64,000 nt of DNA from Smithella sp. (GTDB taxonomy: Bacteria; Desulfobacterota; Syntrophia; Syntrophales; Smithellaceae). The translations under genes and the position numbers were made by a program. The notes under the pieces are model-generated. The model did not search any database. It was not told the origin of the DNA and saw only the letters and a list, made by a program, of their open reading frames with translations. Shown here in pieces: positions 49,994 to 59,707 of this stretch. The DNA lies in contig JBEKMY010000004.1 of NCBI GenBank assembly GCA_049523355.1, positions 20,797 to 84,796 on the forward strand, given 5' to 3'. Position 1 is the stretch's first letter; each line of letters starts with the position of its first letter.

Positions 49994-50770
49994 TTAAGAC
50001 AAAGAAATTAACGGTTTGATTTCAGGCAGTTTGTCGCCTTCATACAATACCTTTTCCAGAAAAAGACCGGAAGGCGGGGCAGTGAATCTTGCCGGTATTT
50101 CTGAATAAGAAAGGAGCATTTTCTCAACATCGCGTTTGGTTAGGTTGTTACGGCCAACCTCTACAGTTACTCCTGTTATGCGCCGCACCATTTTCCAGAG
50201 AAAATGAGAGCCGACAATGCGCAAAGCGATTATGTCGTCAAATTCCTGTAACCACAATCCTTCAATGTTAACTTTTGTTGAAGCTTCTTTGTCCATTCTT
50301 TTATCCGCAAAGGAAACAAAATCGTGGAAGCCTTGAAAAATTTCAAGCGTTTGCTTCATTTTTTTGCAATCAAGTTTATCTTTTATCCACCAGACATACC
50401 GCTTCCCGAAAGCGGAGCGCCTTTTTGAAATTAGATATAGATAACTTCGGCTAAGAGCGTGATGGCGGGCGTGGAAAAGCGGCAAAGCGTTTTCCACATG
50501 TAATATATTAATGCTTGACGGTAAGTTATCATTGATCCCGATGCGCAGAGCTTCCGGATGAACATTTCTGGAAGATTCCAGATGGGCGGTTTGCGCCAAA
50601 GCATGCACTCCGGCGTCAGTTCTTCCGGCACCTTGAACTTTTACCGGTACGCCTAAAAATTTTTGTGCTGCTGTTATCAAAGTATCTTGGATGCTTTTAG
50701 CGTTTTTTTGTGTTTGCCATCCGCGGTAATTGGTGCCATCGTATTCGAGAATAATTTTATATTTATGCAT
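49994..50770 (-). CDS. truA: tRNA pseudouridine(38-40) synthase TruA
   Basis: EYDGTNYRGWQ and the catalytic motif GAGRTDAGVHA. The track start at 50785 is a TTG, so the ATG at 50770 is used. Confidence 0.9.
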   Translation of the reverse strand: MHKYKIILEYDGTNYRGWQTQKNAKSIQDTLITAAQKFLGVPVKVQGAGRTDAGVHALAQTAHLESSRNVHPEALRIGINDNLPSSINILHVENALPLFHARHHALSRSYLYLISKRRSAFGKRYVWWIKDKLDCKKMKQTLEIFQGFHDFVSFADKRMDKEASTKVNIEGLWLQEFDDIIALRIVGSHFLWKMVRRITGVTVEVGRNNLTKRDVEKMLLSYSEIPARFTAPPSGLFLEKVLYEGDKLPEIKPLISLS

Positions 50771-50870
50771 AACAGCCTTAAACAAAGAAGTCTATAACGT
50801 ATCGTTGGAACAACAGGCATCTTTTCTAATTGCCGTTTATCTGAGAAATCAAATCATTTTGCGGTCTTTG

Positions 50871-52247
50871 TTAATTTAGTTTTTCAGGCATCAGTATAGT
50901 CATTCCTGAAATGGTCTTCATTAATAAGCCTTCCTGCGGATCAAGATTATATAATTCAGCTCCGGGATATAGTGTCGTGATGACAGCCTTTCCGATGATT
51001 TTTCTGCCTTCCTTGCCCGTAAAATCTATTGTTTTCAGACCCCAGACATTATGAAAAATTAGCGCCCGTCCGTTTTGTTCGCCAATGTAGAGCATGATAT
51101 GGCCTTTGCGCCAAAGGAGACTCAAGTAGGGAATTCCCCGCTCCAGAATGATTTTTTCCTTCTGTTCGGGATCAAGATTCTGCAAATTTGTATAAAATCC
51201 AACTTTTTTTGCCTGATCTTCGGAGTGTCTTGGCAACCAGATGCCAAAAGGAGCGAAAAAATCTCTGGTCATTGCGGAACAATCACGATTTCCATAAAGT
51301 CCGCCCCAGCCATATGGTTCGTCAATTAATTCGTTGGCGATTTTCATCGCATTGACGTATGTGAAAGGCAGGGGCTTGGGCGCGATCACCTGACGGGAGA
51401 CGAAGCCGTGCTTAATTACCGCATCATTGTTTTTATCCGTCGTGGTGATAAGTATTTCCAGTTTATCTGCCATCTCATTGACTAAAGGAAATATTTGTCC
51501 GATGGATGTTCTGAGATTGAAATTGCCATCGGCATCAAAAATAGAAATTTTGTCCTTGATAATGACGGCATAACGGCCGGACTCCCAAGTTTTAATGAAA
51601 TTGTCATCCACATGCGCATAATCCTCAACAGGCATCCACCCGAAAGCGAAACTGGTTTCCACCAATGCCCATGATTTATCCGCACTGAGATGAAATATAA
51701 TAATAGGAGTGTTTGAGGTCACAGAAGATATTTGCAGATTATCAAAAGGCCAACCGGCGATGTCTCCTTCAGAACTGTAAAAGTGAGGGCCTTGCGTCGG
51801 AAGCATTCGAAGACTTGTATTTCTCGTTGTAATCGCAGGTTGCAGTGTGTTGGGATAATTCTCTAAAGACGCGTTTTGCTGAAGCTTTTTTAACCATGCT
51901 GCTGAATGTTTTTTTTTGTTTTCGCCGTAACCGGGATTAGCGGCGAATTTTTTAAAAATCAAAGATAATTTTTCTGATGAGGCATGGGCAGGCTGAAGAT
52001 TATGCCAGACCGAAAAGTAAGTTTTATCGTAATCTTCATTCATCTTAACCTGAAATTCCACGGGAAGAAGAAATTTTTCCTTTTGGGTAGTATTGTTTTG
52101 GGTAGTATCGTTTTTAGTAGTATCGTTTATTAAATAGGCTGTGTGATCCTGAGGTAAATCTCTTACGTCTTTTATTGTGTCCGGTGTCTGCAAACACCCC
52201 CAGAACAGTAAAGGTATTAAAATAAAATAATAATTTTTTATATTCAT
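50871..52247 (-). CDS. NlpC/P60 (C40) peptidoglycan endopeptidase with N-terminal and SH3b-like domains
   Basis: A lipoprotein-like signal (LLFWGC). The C-terminal catalytic region has DCSAMTRDFF and a downstream His. Size and architecture resemble gamma-D-glutamyl-L-diamino acid endopeptidases. Confidence 0.7.
   Translation of the reverse strand: MNIKNYYFILIPLLFWGCLQTPDTIKDVRDLPQDHTAYLINDTTKNDTTQNNTTQKEKFLLPVEFQVKMNEDYDKTYFSVWHNLQPAHASSEKLSLIFKKFAANPGYGENKKKHSAAWLKKLQQNASLENYPNTLQPAITTRNTSLRMLPTQGPHFYSSEGDIAGWPFDNLQISSVTSNTPIIIFHLSADKSWALVETSFAFGWMPVEDYAHVDDNFIKTWESGRYAVIIKDKISIFDADGNFNLRTSIGQIFPLVNEMADKLEILITTTDKNNDAVIKHGFVSRQVIAPKPLPFTYVNAMKIANELIDEPYGWGGLYGNRDCSAMTRDFFAPFGIWLPRHSEDQAKKVGFYTNLQNLDPEQKEKIILERGIPYLSLLWRKGHIMLYIGEQNGRALIFHNVWGLKTIDFTGKEGRKIIGKAVITTLYPGAELYNLDPQEGLLMKTISGMTILMPEKLN
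52082..52126. repeat. In-frame 15-nt tandem repeat (3 units) inside the NlpC/P60 gene
   Basis: The units are TTTGGGTAGTATTGT, TTTGGGTAGTATCGT and TTTTAGTAGTATCGT. They encode NDTTK-NDTTQ-NNTTQ on the minus strand. Confidence 0.85.
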
Positions 52248-52612
52248 GGAAAATGCCTTAATTTAAATTTATGGCCTTTTATAGTCTTTTTTTATATTTA
52301 GGGCAAGATGAAACGATTAATATTTGCTTAAGTATTTTATAAATAATTTTGTGGCATAAGAAGTTGAACACTGATATAAGTTATAAATCAGGTTAGTATG
52401 AAAATAAATTAATTTATTTAAACGCTAATTCAGAGGAAAAATATGGCTGACCATATAAAAATATACGGTAAATCCAGTTGATCCTACACAGAGTGTGCCA
52501 CAGGAAAGTATCTATTGTTTATGGAGGTTCTTGCGGAATTGAATAACAGGTCGGAAACCGGCTGAAAAAATAAAGCCTTTTGCTCTTCACGAAAAAATAA
52601 GGAGATAAAAAA

Positions 52613-53161
52613 ATGGATAGCTTTGTGCCCAAAAAAATATTTTTTACCAAAGGTGTGGGCACGCACAAAGATGAATTGCATTCTTTTGAGCGTGCCTTAC
52701 GTGATGCCGGAATAGAAAAATGCAATCTGGTGCAGGTCTCCAGCATATTCCCGCCGCGCTGTAAAATGATTTCCAAAACACATGGGCTGAAGCAGTTAAC
52801 GCCCGGCGCCATTACTTATTGTGTGATGAGCCGTTGTTGCACCAACGAACCGAAAAGACTTATGGCGGCATCGGTTGGCTGCGCCATTCCTGCCGACAAA
52901 TCATCTTATGGCTACATCAGCGAACATCACGCTTACGGCCAGAACGAAAAGCAGGCGGGCGATTACGCGGAAGATCTGGCTGCGGCCATGCTGGCCTCCA
53001 CTTTGGGCATTGATTTCGATGTAGATGAAAGCTGGGATGAGAAAAAGGAAATTTTTAAAATCAGTGGCAAAATAGTCCGAACTCTTAATGTGACTCAATC
53101 CACGATTTGTAAAGATAATAAATTCACCACGGTTATTGCTGTGGCTGTATTTATTTTTTGA
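52613..53161 (+). CDS. pdaD: Pyruvoyl-dependent arginine decarboxylase
   Basis: A 182-aa protein. The N-terminus FFTKGVG and the self-cleavage site [11 protein letters not shown] are typical of PdaD. Confidence 0.85.
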   Translation: MDSFVPKKIFFTKGVGTHKDELHSFERALRDAGIEKCNLVQVSSIFPPRCKMISKTHGLKQLTPGAITYCVMSRCCTNEPKRLMAASVGCAIPADKSSYGYISEHHAYGQNEKQAGDYAEDLAAAMLASTLGIDFDVDESWDEKKEIFKISGKIVRTLNVTQSTICKDNKFTTVIAVAVFIF

Positions 53162-53240
53162 AATGATTTTTGTGCTATAAAAAAATATATTTACCGGGAA
53201 TTCAGCCGACAGGCCTCTCCTTGGATACGGTTTATCCATT

Positions 53241-54128
53241 ATGTCGCAATATCTTAATCAAAATACCGTCAAAAGAAAAATCCCGCCTTTAATGATGCAG
53301 GATGTTGGCGGTGCGGAATTACCATACCTTTATTATGAAGGAGGAACTCCACAAATTCTTTTTGCTCATGCCACCGGTTTCCTGCCATGGCTCTGGCATC
53401 CCATCATAGAAGATTTGACGCCGCCGATTCAGGCATGGGTGCCTTATATTTGCAATTATCGCGATTGCGATCCGGAAAAAGGTGGTCTTGCCTGGAATAT
53501 TATCGCCAAAGATTTATCTGTTTTATGCAGTGCGCAGAACATTGAAAATCATCTGGCCGTCGGACATTCGATGGGAGCAACAGTGCTCACTATTGCCGCC
53601 GCTTCGTTGGGCATGCAGCCGCGCGCCATGATTCTGATCGAACCAATTTTTCTTCCGGAAGAATTTTACTCGATGGATATCAAGCTGAAAGATCATCCTC
53701 TCGCTTCGCAGTCCATAAAGAGAAAAAACAGCTGGAAAGATGAAAACGCAGCCCTGGAATATTTGAAATCAAAATCACTTTTTGCCGGATGGGACGAACA
53801 GATTCTGCAATTTTATCTGCAATACGGTATGGAGAAGCAACAGGAAGGAGAGTTAAAACTTGCCTGCTCTCCGAGAAATGAAGCCGCAATGTTTATGGGC
53901 GGCAAGAGCACTAATCCCTGGCCACTGATTAAACAATTAACCTGTCCGGTGCTTATCGTGGAAGGAGAAAAAAGTTCCAATAAAGAATTTGTTGATTTGT
54001 CCAAAGCCGTATCTTTGTTAAGCAATGGAAGATACAAATCTGTTCCTGACGCCGGACACTTAATTCCCATGCAGAAACCACAAGAAGTTGCTAAAATCAT
54101 AAAAGAATTTTTGGCAGGAATAACTTAA
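53241..54128 (+). CDS. Alpha/beta-fold hydrolase
   Basis: The nucleophile elbow GHSMGA and a C-terminal His region (PDAGHLIPMQKP). Confidence 0.75.
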   Translation: MSQYLNQNTVKRKIPPLMMQDVGGAELPYLYYEGGTPQILFAHATGFLPWLWHPIIEDLTPPIQAWVPYICNYRDCDPEKGGLAWNIIAKDLSVLCSAQNIENHLAVGHSMGATVLTIAAASLGMQPRAMILIEPIFLPEEFYSMDIKLKDHPLASQSIKRKNSWKDENAALEYLKSKSLFAGWDEQILQFYLQYGMEKQQEGELKLACSPRNEAAMFMGGKSTNPWPLIKQLTCPVLIVEGEKSSNKEFVDLSKAVSLLSNGRYKSVPDAGHLIPMQKPQEVAKIIKEFLAGIT

Positions 54129-54210
54129 GCAAACAATTGACGAATTCCAATAAATATGTAAACTTCTCATGGAAGTGATCTAATAAAAATCAACAAGGGG
54201 ATTTTGTTTG

Positions 54211-55062
54211 ATGGCTGAAAACGAAAATAATCAGCGAAGCCTGGAAAACAGCGGGAAATGTGTGCCCAAAATGTTCCTGACACTGCCGTTTACCTTTATC
54301 GGAGAAAAGGTTGTCGGCTGGATTAACGTTTTGGGTACGGCAACTATTTTCCTTGGCGCAGCACTCTGGAAAACATTTCGGCCCAAACAGTTTCCCAAGG
54401 TCATAGTGCAAATCTATTATATTGGAGCCAGCTCCACAACGATTATCATTCTGGTTGGCCTGTTTACCGGCATGGTTTTAGGTTTGCAATCATACCATGC
54501 TCTGAGTAAGTTCGGTGCGGTGGGCGGTCTTGGAGCGCTGGTGTCCCTTTCCCTGATCAGGGAATTGGGGCCCGTTCTTACGGCCATTATGATTACAGCC
54601 AGAGCGGGATCCGCCATCACAGCGGAAGTAGGCATTCAGCGCATTTCGGAACAGGTTGATGCCCTGCATACCATGCGGATTGATCCGTTTCGCTATCTCA
54701 TTAGCCCGAGAATTACTGCTTCGATTATCAGTTTTCCGCTGCTCACGGCGGTATTTGACTTTTTTGGCATTATAGGAGGTTATATTACCGGCGTCATGTT
54801 ATTGGGATTAAATGGCGGAGTTTATTCCCACAGCATTAAAGCCAACGTGGATATGAATGACCTCACCGACGGTTTTATCAAGGCGATAGTATTTGCGATT
54901 ATTGTTGCCACCGTCTGCTGTTATCAGGGATATTTTGTGCACATGCGCAAGGATAGCCACGGCGCCAAGGCTGTGGGGCTTGCGACAACTTCCGCTGTTG
55001 TGACCTCCTGCGTGTTGATTCTTGTTTCGGATTATGTGGTGACTTCACTGCTTTTAATATAG
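54211..55062 (+). CDS. mlaE: Phospholipid ABC transporter permease MlaE
   Basis: MlaE-type motifs (RELGPVLTAIMITARAGSAITAEVG). The track start at 54208 is a TTG and the ATG at 54211 follows it directly. Confidence 0.85.
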   Translation: MAENENNQRSLENSGKCVPKMFLTLPFTFIGEKVVGWINVLGTATIFLGAALWKTFRPKQFPKVIVQIYYIGASSTTIIILVGLFTGMVLGLQSYHALSKFGAVGGLGALVSLSLIRELGPVLTAIMITARAGSAITAEVGIQRISEQVDALHTMRIDPFRYLISPRITASIISFPLLTAVFDFFGIIGGYITGVMLLGLNGGVYSHSIKANVDMNDLTDGFIKAIVFAIIVATVCCYQGYFVHMRKDSHGAKAVGLATTSAVVTSCVLILVSDYVVTSLLLI

Positions 55063-55070
55063 AGAAAATT

Positions 55071-56315
55071 ATGAATACACCTCTGATTGAATTTAAAAAT
55101 ATCACCAAGCGCTTCGGATCGCACACGGTTCTGGAAAACGTGAATTTACAAATATACGAAGGGCAGGTTACCACTATTATTGGTCTCTCCGGTTCGGGAA
55201 AAAGCGTTCTGCTTAAGCATATCATCGGTCTGCTTCATCCTGATGAAGGGACGATTCTCTTTCGCGGTAAGGCTTTATCCGAAATGAAGAAATCCGAAAT
55301 ATCATCTTCTCTGCGTCAAATAAGTTACATGTTTCAGGGCAATGCTCTGTTTGATTCCCTGACGGTTTATGATAACATCGCCCTGCCCCTGAGAGAGACG
55401 ACAAGTTTGAAAAAAGAGGATATTAACCGCAGGGTTATGGCCAGAGTCGAACAGACGGAGCTTACCGAGGCTATTCACAGATATCCGTCAGAACTGTCCG
55501 GAGGAATGCAGAAAAGGGCGGCGCTGGCGCGCGCGCTGATCACCGATCCGCAAATAGTTTTGTTTGACGAACCCACGACTGGCCAGGACCCCGTCCGGAA
55601 AAACGCTATTTTGAGCATGATTGCCCAGTACCAGAGAAAATTTAATTTTACGGCGATCATGGTCAGTCACGAAATCCCGGATGTTTATTTTATATCCAAC
55701 CGGATTCTTGCTCTTTATGATAAATCCATCGTTTTTCAGGGCACTCCCGAGGAACTTGGCAATTTTAAGCATCCCTTCACCGATGAAGTTATCAATAGCC
55801 TGGAAGGTTTGCAGAAAGAACTAACAGGCCTTTATTCCCGAAGAAAGTTTAAAGTTTTGAATTATGCTCAGCTAAAGCATGGACAGGCGGACGAAAATTA
55901 CTGCGTCGCGGTTTTTACACTTTCGGATATGGATGCAATCGTTGCCGGCCTCGGACACGACACGGCGCAGGAAATAATTCACGCGATGGGATTGTATATT
56001 GATAAACATTTTGGCGCCATAGGCGGTTTTTCCACCCGCAATAAAGCCAATGAATTTGTTACGGTGCTTCCTTATTCAGATACGGCAGAAGCTGAAAAAA
56101 TTATGAATGAATTTGTTGATGATTTCCACAAACGTGGAATCAGCGATATCTGGGCGGAAGCTCAAAGGCGTGCGCCTTCGGATAAATGCGTTGATTTCGC
56201 CATCCGGGCTGGCATTGCCGAAGGGCATCCTGTTGCCGAAATAGATTCCATTATCGACTCGGCCAAATCTCGACAAAAAGAAATCGGGCGTTTGCAATGC
56301 GCCGCCAAGGAGTAA
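55071..56315 (+). CDS. mlaF: MlaF-type ABC ATPase fused to a C-terminal degenerate GGDEF-like domain
   Basis: Residues 1-245 carry Walker A GLSGSGKS, the signature LSGGMQKRA and Walker B VLFDEPTTGQD. Residues about 248-405 carry LTGLYSRRKF...FTLSDMDAIVAGLGHDTAQEII...NKANEFVTVLP, which aligns with a GGDEF fold, with KANEF in place of GG(D/E)EF. Confidence 0.8.
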   Translation: MNTPLIEFKNITKRFGSHTVLENVNLQIYEGQVTTIIGLSGSGKSVLLKHIIGLLHPDEGTILFRGKALSEMKKSEISSSLRQISYMFQGNALFDSLTVYDNIALPLRETTSLKKEDINRRVMARVEQTELTEAIHRYPSELSGGMQKRAALARALITDPQIVLFDEPTTGQDPVRKNAILSMIAQYQRKFNFTAIMVSHEIPDVYFISNRILALYDKSIVFQGTPEELGNFKHPFTDEVINSLEGLQKELTGLYSRRKFKVLNYAQLKHGQADENYCVAVFTLSDMDAIVAGLGHDTAQEIIHAMGLYIDKHFGAIGGFSTRNKANEFVTVLPYSDTAEAEKIMNEFVDDFHKRGISDIWAEAQRRAPSDKCVDFAIRAGIAEGHPVAEIDSIIDSAKSRQKEIGRLQCAAKE

Positions 56316-56319
56316 ACAA

Positions 56320-56775
56320 ATGAAAAAATACAAAGTAGAAACCATAGTGGGCATCTTTGTTTTTCTGGGACTGCTCTGTATCGGGTACATGACCGTGAAA
56401 CTAGGCAAAGTTTCTTTTTTCCAAGATGAATATTATCCCATAACCGCCAAATTCATTGCCGTTACCGGCCTGAGAGAAGGCAATCCGGTGGATATTATGG
56501 GTATAGAGGTCGGCAGAGTGGAAAAAATCACAATGGATCAGGAAAATCAGAAAGCGGTTGTGGAAATAAAGATCAAAAAAGGCGTAAAGATTTATGATGA
56601 TGCCATCGCTTCCATTAAAACAGAGGGCTTGATGGGCGATCAATATATAAGTATTGATCCGGGAGGATCCGGCACGCTTTTGGGGCCTCGCGGAACGATC
56701 ACGGAAACTCAGGCTCCCGTGGACATATTAGGACTCATTGGCAAATACGCATTTGGCGATGTAAAGAAACAGTAA
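56320..56775 (+). CDS. mlaD: MCE-domain protein MlaD
   Basis: An N-terminal TM anchor (VETIVGIFVFLGLL) and an MCE domain. 151 aa. Confidence 0.85.
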   Translation: MKKYKVETIVGIFVFLGLLCIGYMTVKLGKVSFFQDEYYPITAKFIAVTGLREGNPVDIMGIEVGRVEKITMDQENQKAVVEIKIKKGVKIYDDAIASIKTEGLMGDQYISIDPGGSGTLLGPRGTITETQAPVDILGLIGKYAFGDVKKQ

Positions 56776-56809
56776 AAGTGATATAATAAGACTTCAGGAG
56801 GATTAAGAA

Positions 56810-57406
56810 ATGAAAAAACAACTCGCGGGATTAATAATTATACTTACGCTTTTTGTATTTGCTATTCCGGTATATGCCGGTGCCCCGCTGGATACGGTTA
56901 AAGTAAATGTGAACAATGTTCTGGATGTATTGCGTAATCCCAAACTTAAAGCCGAATCGGCCAAAGAGATTAAAAAGGATAAACTCCGGATAATTTACAA
57001 GACGATGTTTGATGAGAATGAATTTTCCAGGCGCACCCTGTCACGCAACTGGAGTAAGCTCAATCCTGCCGAACAAGTGGAATTTGTGAAGCTTTTTGAA
57101 CAGGTGCTGGAAAAATCATACGCGGACAAAATTCTGGACTATACGAACGAAAAAGTTGAATTCACTAAAGATGAGATGAAATCAGATACCCAGGCCGAGG
57201 TTCAGACAAAAATTATAACAGCATCCAAGGAAATTCCCATATTTTACCGGATGATTTTGAAAGACGGGAAATGGAAAGTATATGACGTTGTCGTGGAGAA
57301 TGTAAGCCTTGTTCAAAATTACCGCACGCAGTTCAATGATATACTGTCCAAGAATACGCCGGAGCAGTTACTGGAAACTCTGCGAAAAAAGGTAAGTAAG
57401 CCTTAG
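56810..57406 (+). CDS. mlaC: Periplasmic phospholipid-binding protein MlaC (Ttg2D/toluene-tolerance family)
   Basis: A signal peptide, 198 aa, MlaC-like sequence and operon position. Confidence 0.75.
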   Translation: MKKQLAGLIIILTLFVFAIPVYAGAPLDTVKVNVNNVLDVLRNPKLKAESAKEIKKDKLRIIYKTMFDENEFSRRTLSRNWSKLNPAEQVEFVKLFEQVLEKSYADKILDYTNEKVEFTKDEMKSDTQAEVQTKIITASKEIPIFYRMILKDGKWKVYDVVVENVSLVQNYRTQFNDILSKNTPEQLLETLRKKVSKP

Positions 57407-57636
57407 AAAAAACCGGTGATAAGTATTTTAATCAAAAACGTATCGATAGCGTAAAAAGAACGTCTCAACACTCAAAGTTGTATAGTAACGGCAAAGGAAC
57501 AATTTCCACATCAGAAGTGATATTGAAGCGTCACCCAGAAGTCTCTTTTTTACATAAGTCGGGCAAGTTGACAATGCCACAGGCATAAGCCGGTATTGCT
57601 TTGCCGACAAAGATATCGCTTGGATTTGGAATTGAT

Positions 57637-58596
57637 ATGGTGAGTATGAAAAAGTTTCATCATATGGAATCTTTTTTGTCTTTGATTTTCTTGTGCTTTT
57701 TTCTCGCGGCAGGTTATGCTTACGGATCACAACCGTCTTCCGTCGTTGTGTCGGAAGCAGCATCTTCTTCCGTTTCTGTTTTGCCGGATTCCAACTCCGG
57801 TGAGGTTACGGTAAAATCTTCGGACAAATCAGTTGACGCAATCAAGGATGAGTATAAAGATGAGGATGATCCCGATTCCGCCAACGATAAACTAAAAGAA
57901 GAAAGAGTGGAAATTGCCGATCCCCTGGAGCCGGTGAACAGAGCAATGCATCAGTTTAACGATAAGCTTTATTTCTGGGCGCTCAAGCCTGTCGCGCAGG
58001 GATACAAAGCAGTTGTTCCCGAACCTGCGCGCATCGGTGTGAGAAATTTCTTTTCCAATCTTGGATTTCCCGCCCGTTTTCTAAGTTGCCTGCTTCAGGC
58101 GGATTTCAATGGCGCGGGCACGGAAGCAGGCCGTTTTACGATAAATACTATCTGGGGCGTCGGTGGATTTCTTGATCCTTCTTCCGGCAAAGAGTTGAAT
58201 CTACAGAATCAAGACACAGATCTGGGGCAAACACTAGGCGTCTATGGCGTGGGGCAGGGTTTTTACATTGTCTGGCCGATACTGGGGCCTTCCAGTCCGC
58301 GCGACTCCATTGGTATCGCCGGCGATTATTTTCTGTCTCCCGTCTCTTACATTTCTCCGTGGTATGCCTGGTTGGGAGTGAGGACTTATGAGGAAGTGAA
58401 TGCCACATCTCTGAGAATCGGCGATTATGAAGCGCTGAAAAACGCGGCAATTGATCCTTACGTGGCGTTTCGCGATGCCTACATCCAATATAGGTTGAAT
58501 AAAGTTAAAGCCAGAAAAGCCAAACTTACATTATCCACTCCGCCCAAAGAGAGAACACCATCGGCCAATATGGCATTACCGGAAAAGGAAAATTAA
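57637..58596 (+). CDS. mlaA: MlaA/VacJ family lipoprotein-like protein
   Basis: DPLEPVNRAMHQFND...PVAQGY...NFFSNLG...N..GVGG is the VacJ signature. The track start at 57601 is a TTG. ATGs at 57637 and 57646 are both possible. Confidence 0.8.
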   Translation: MVSMKKFHHMESFLSLIFLCFFLAAGYAYGSQPSSVVVSEAASSSVSVLPDSNSGEVTVKSSDKSVDAIKDEYKDEDDPDSANDKLKEERVEIADPLEPVNRAMHQFNDKLYFWALKPVAQGYKAVVPEPARIGVRNFFSNLGFPARFLSCLLQADFNGAGTEAGRFTINTIWGVGGFLDPSSGKELNLQNQDTDLGQTLGVYGVGQGFYIVWPILGPSSPRDSIGIAGDYFLSPVSYISPWYAWLGVRTYEEVNATSLRIGDYEALKNAAIDPYVAFRDAYIQYRLNKVKARKAKLTLSTPPKERTPSANMALPEKEN

Positions 58597-59397
58597 ATGA
58601 AAAGAAAACTGATTATAAAAAATTTTCCGGTCATCGTTTTAACGGTATTATTAATTCTTTCGATTGGCCAGACAGTCAAGGCGTCCGGATTATTCGGTCC
58701 GTTGCAAACCGTTTCTAGAGAAGACGGCGGATTAAACACCGCTATCGGTTACTTTTATCATGAGGATACATACCAAAATGATACCAATCATATTATAAGG
58801 CAGAATGAGATTTATTCGCAGGCAGCGTACGGCGCAAAAAACATCTGGGAAATATACGCGCGAATAGGGATATCTGATCTAAAAATTTTTGATATTTTCA
58901 ATTCCACAGACGCTTCCACCACGACAAATAAAAATGATTTTGAGGAAAACTGGAAATTTTTCGGCACTCTGGGGGCAAAGGGTTTTTATCCGATAAACAA
59001 AGTATTCGGAGTAGGCGCCTTTGTACAGGGGACATATTATTTTAGCAACTTTACGGATGATATTGTGGGAACAATCAGCGGCACGCCTTTTACAACCGAC
59101 CTAAAGGTGAAAAATCTCTGGGACGTGAATTTCGGAGCCGGGCTTCAGGTCACCATCCCACATGGCATCAAGTTATACGCGGGTCCATATATCTATTATT
59201 CGGAAGCAGAGGTTTCTTTGGCATCCAATATTCCCGGTCTTGAATATTCGGCAGGAGATGTTTCAATTAAGAACAAGACAATGCTTGGCGGATTTACTGG
59301 ACTGGATATACCGCTTATCAAAGGATTTCATCTGAATATTGAAGGACAATTTTCAGACAGGTTTTCCGCCGGTGCCGCCGTGAGCTACACATACTGA
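58597..59397 (+). CDS. Small outer-membrane beta-barrel protein (unknown family), translationally coupled to mlaA
   Basis: A signal peptide, alternating amphipathic beta-strand pattern and a C-terminal aromatic residue (..AVSYTY). The ATG directly follows the mlaA TAA (TAAATG). Confidence 0.6.
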   Translation: MKRKLIIKNFPVIVLTVLLILSIGQTVKASGLFGPLQTVSREDGGLNTAIGYFYHEDTYQNDTNHIIRQNEIYSQAAYGAKNIWEIYARIGISDLKIFDIFNSTDASTTTNKNDFEENWKFFGTLGAKGFYPINKVFGVGAFVQGTYYFSNFTDDIVGTISGTPFTTDLKVKNLWDVNFGAGLQVTIPHGIKLYAGPYIYYSEAEVSLASNIPGLEYSAGDVSIKNKTMLGGFTGLDIPLIKGFHLNIEGQFSDRFSAGAAVSYTY

Positions 59398-59707
59398 TTT
59401 AAATATCCATTCACCGCTGTAAGAAAAATCCGGCAAAAAAAATAAATCTGAGATGAATTTCATACCGTTTCGTTTTAAAAGGAGGCTTGGGAATATATGA
59501 GTCACGCCATTATGGAGTAGCTAACAGAAAATGGAATGATCTATTTATATTGTTGGGGATACACTTCCATATTCTAATACTTGAGGAAGCAGACGACGAT
59601 GACAACAAAGTTAGCCAAAAAAAGCGGATATCATGCTAAAAAAACGCTGGACGATCAATGGCAATCTGAACTATAAATATACAACTATTGGTTATATGGG
59701 GGACTAA

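Noticed and set aside
59470-59700. A strong SD (AAGGAGG) followed by a 7-codon ORF, and a 25-codon ORF (MTTKLAKKSGYHAKKTLDDQWQSEL), in the 310-bp spacer before the P-loop kinase gene.
   Set aside because: They are too short, and no conservation evidence is available from the sequence alone. They could be leader peptides, but that cannot be supported here.
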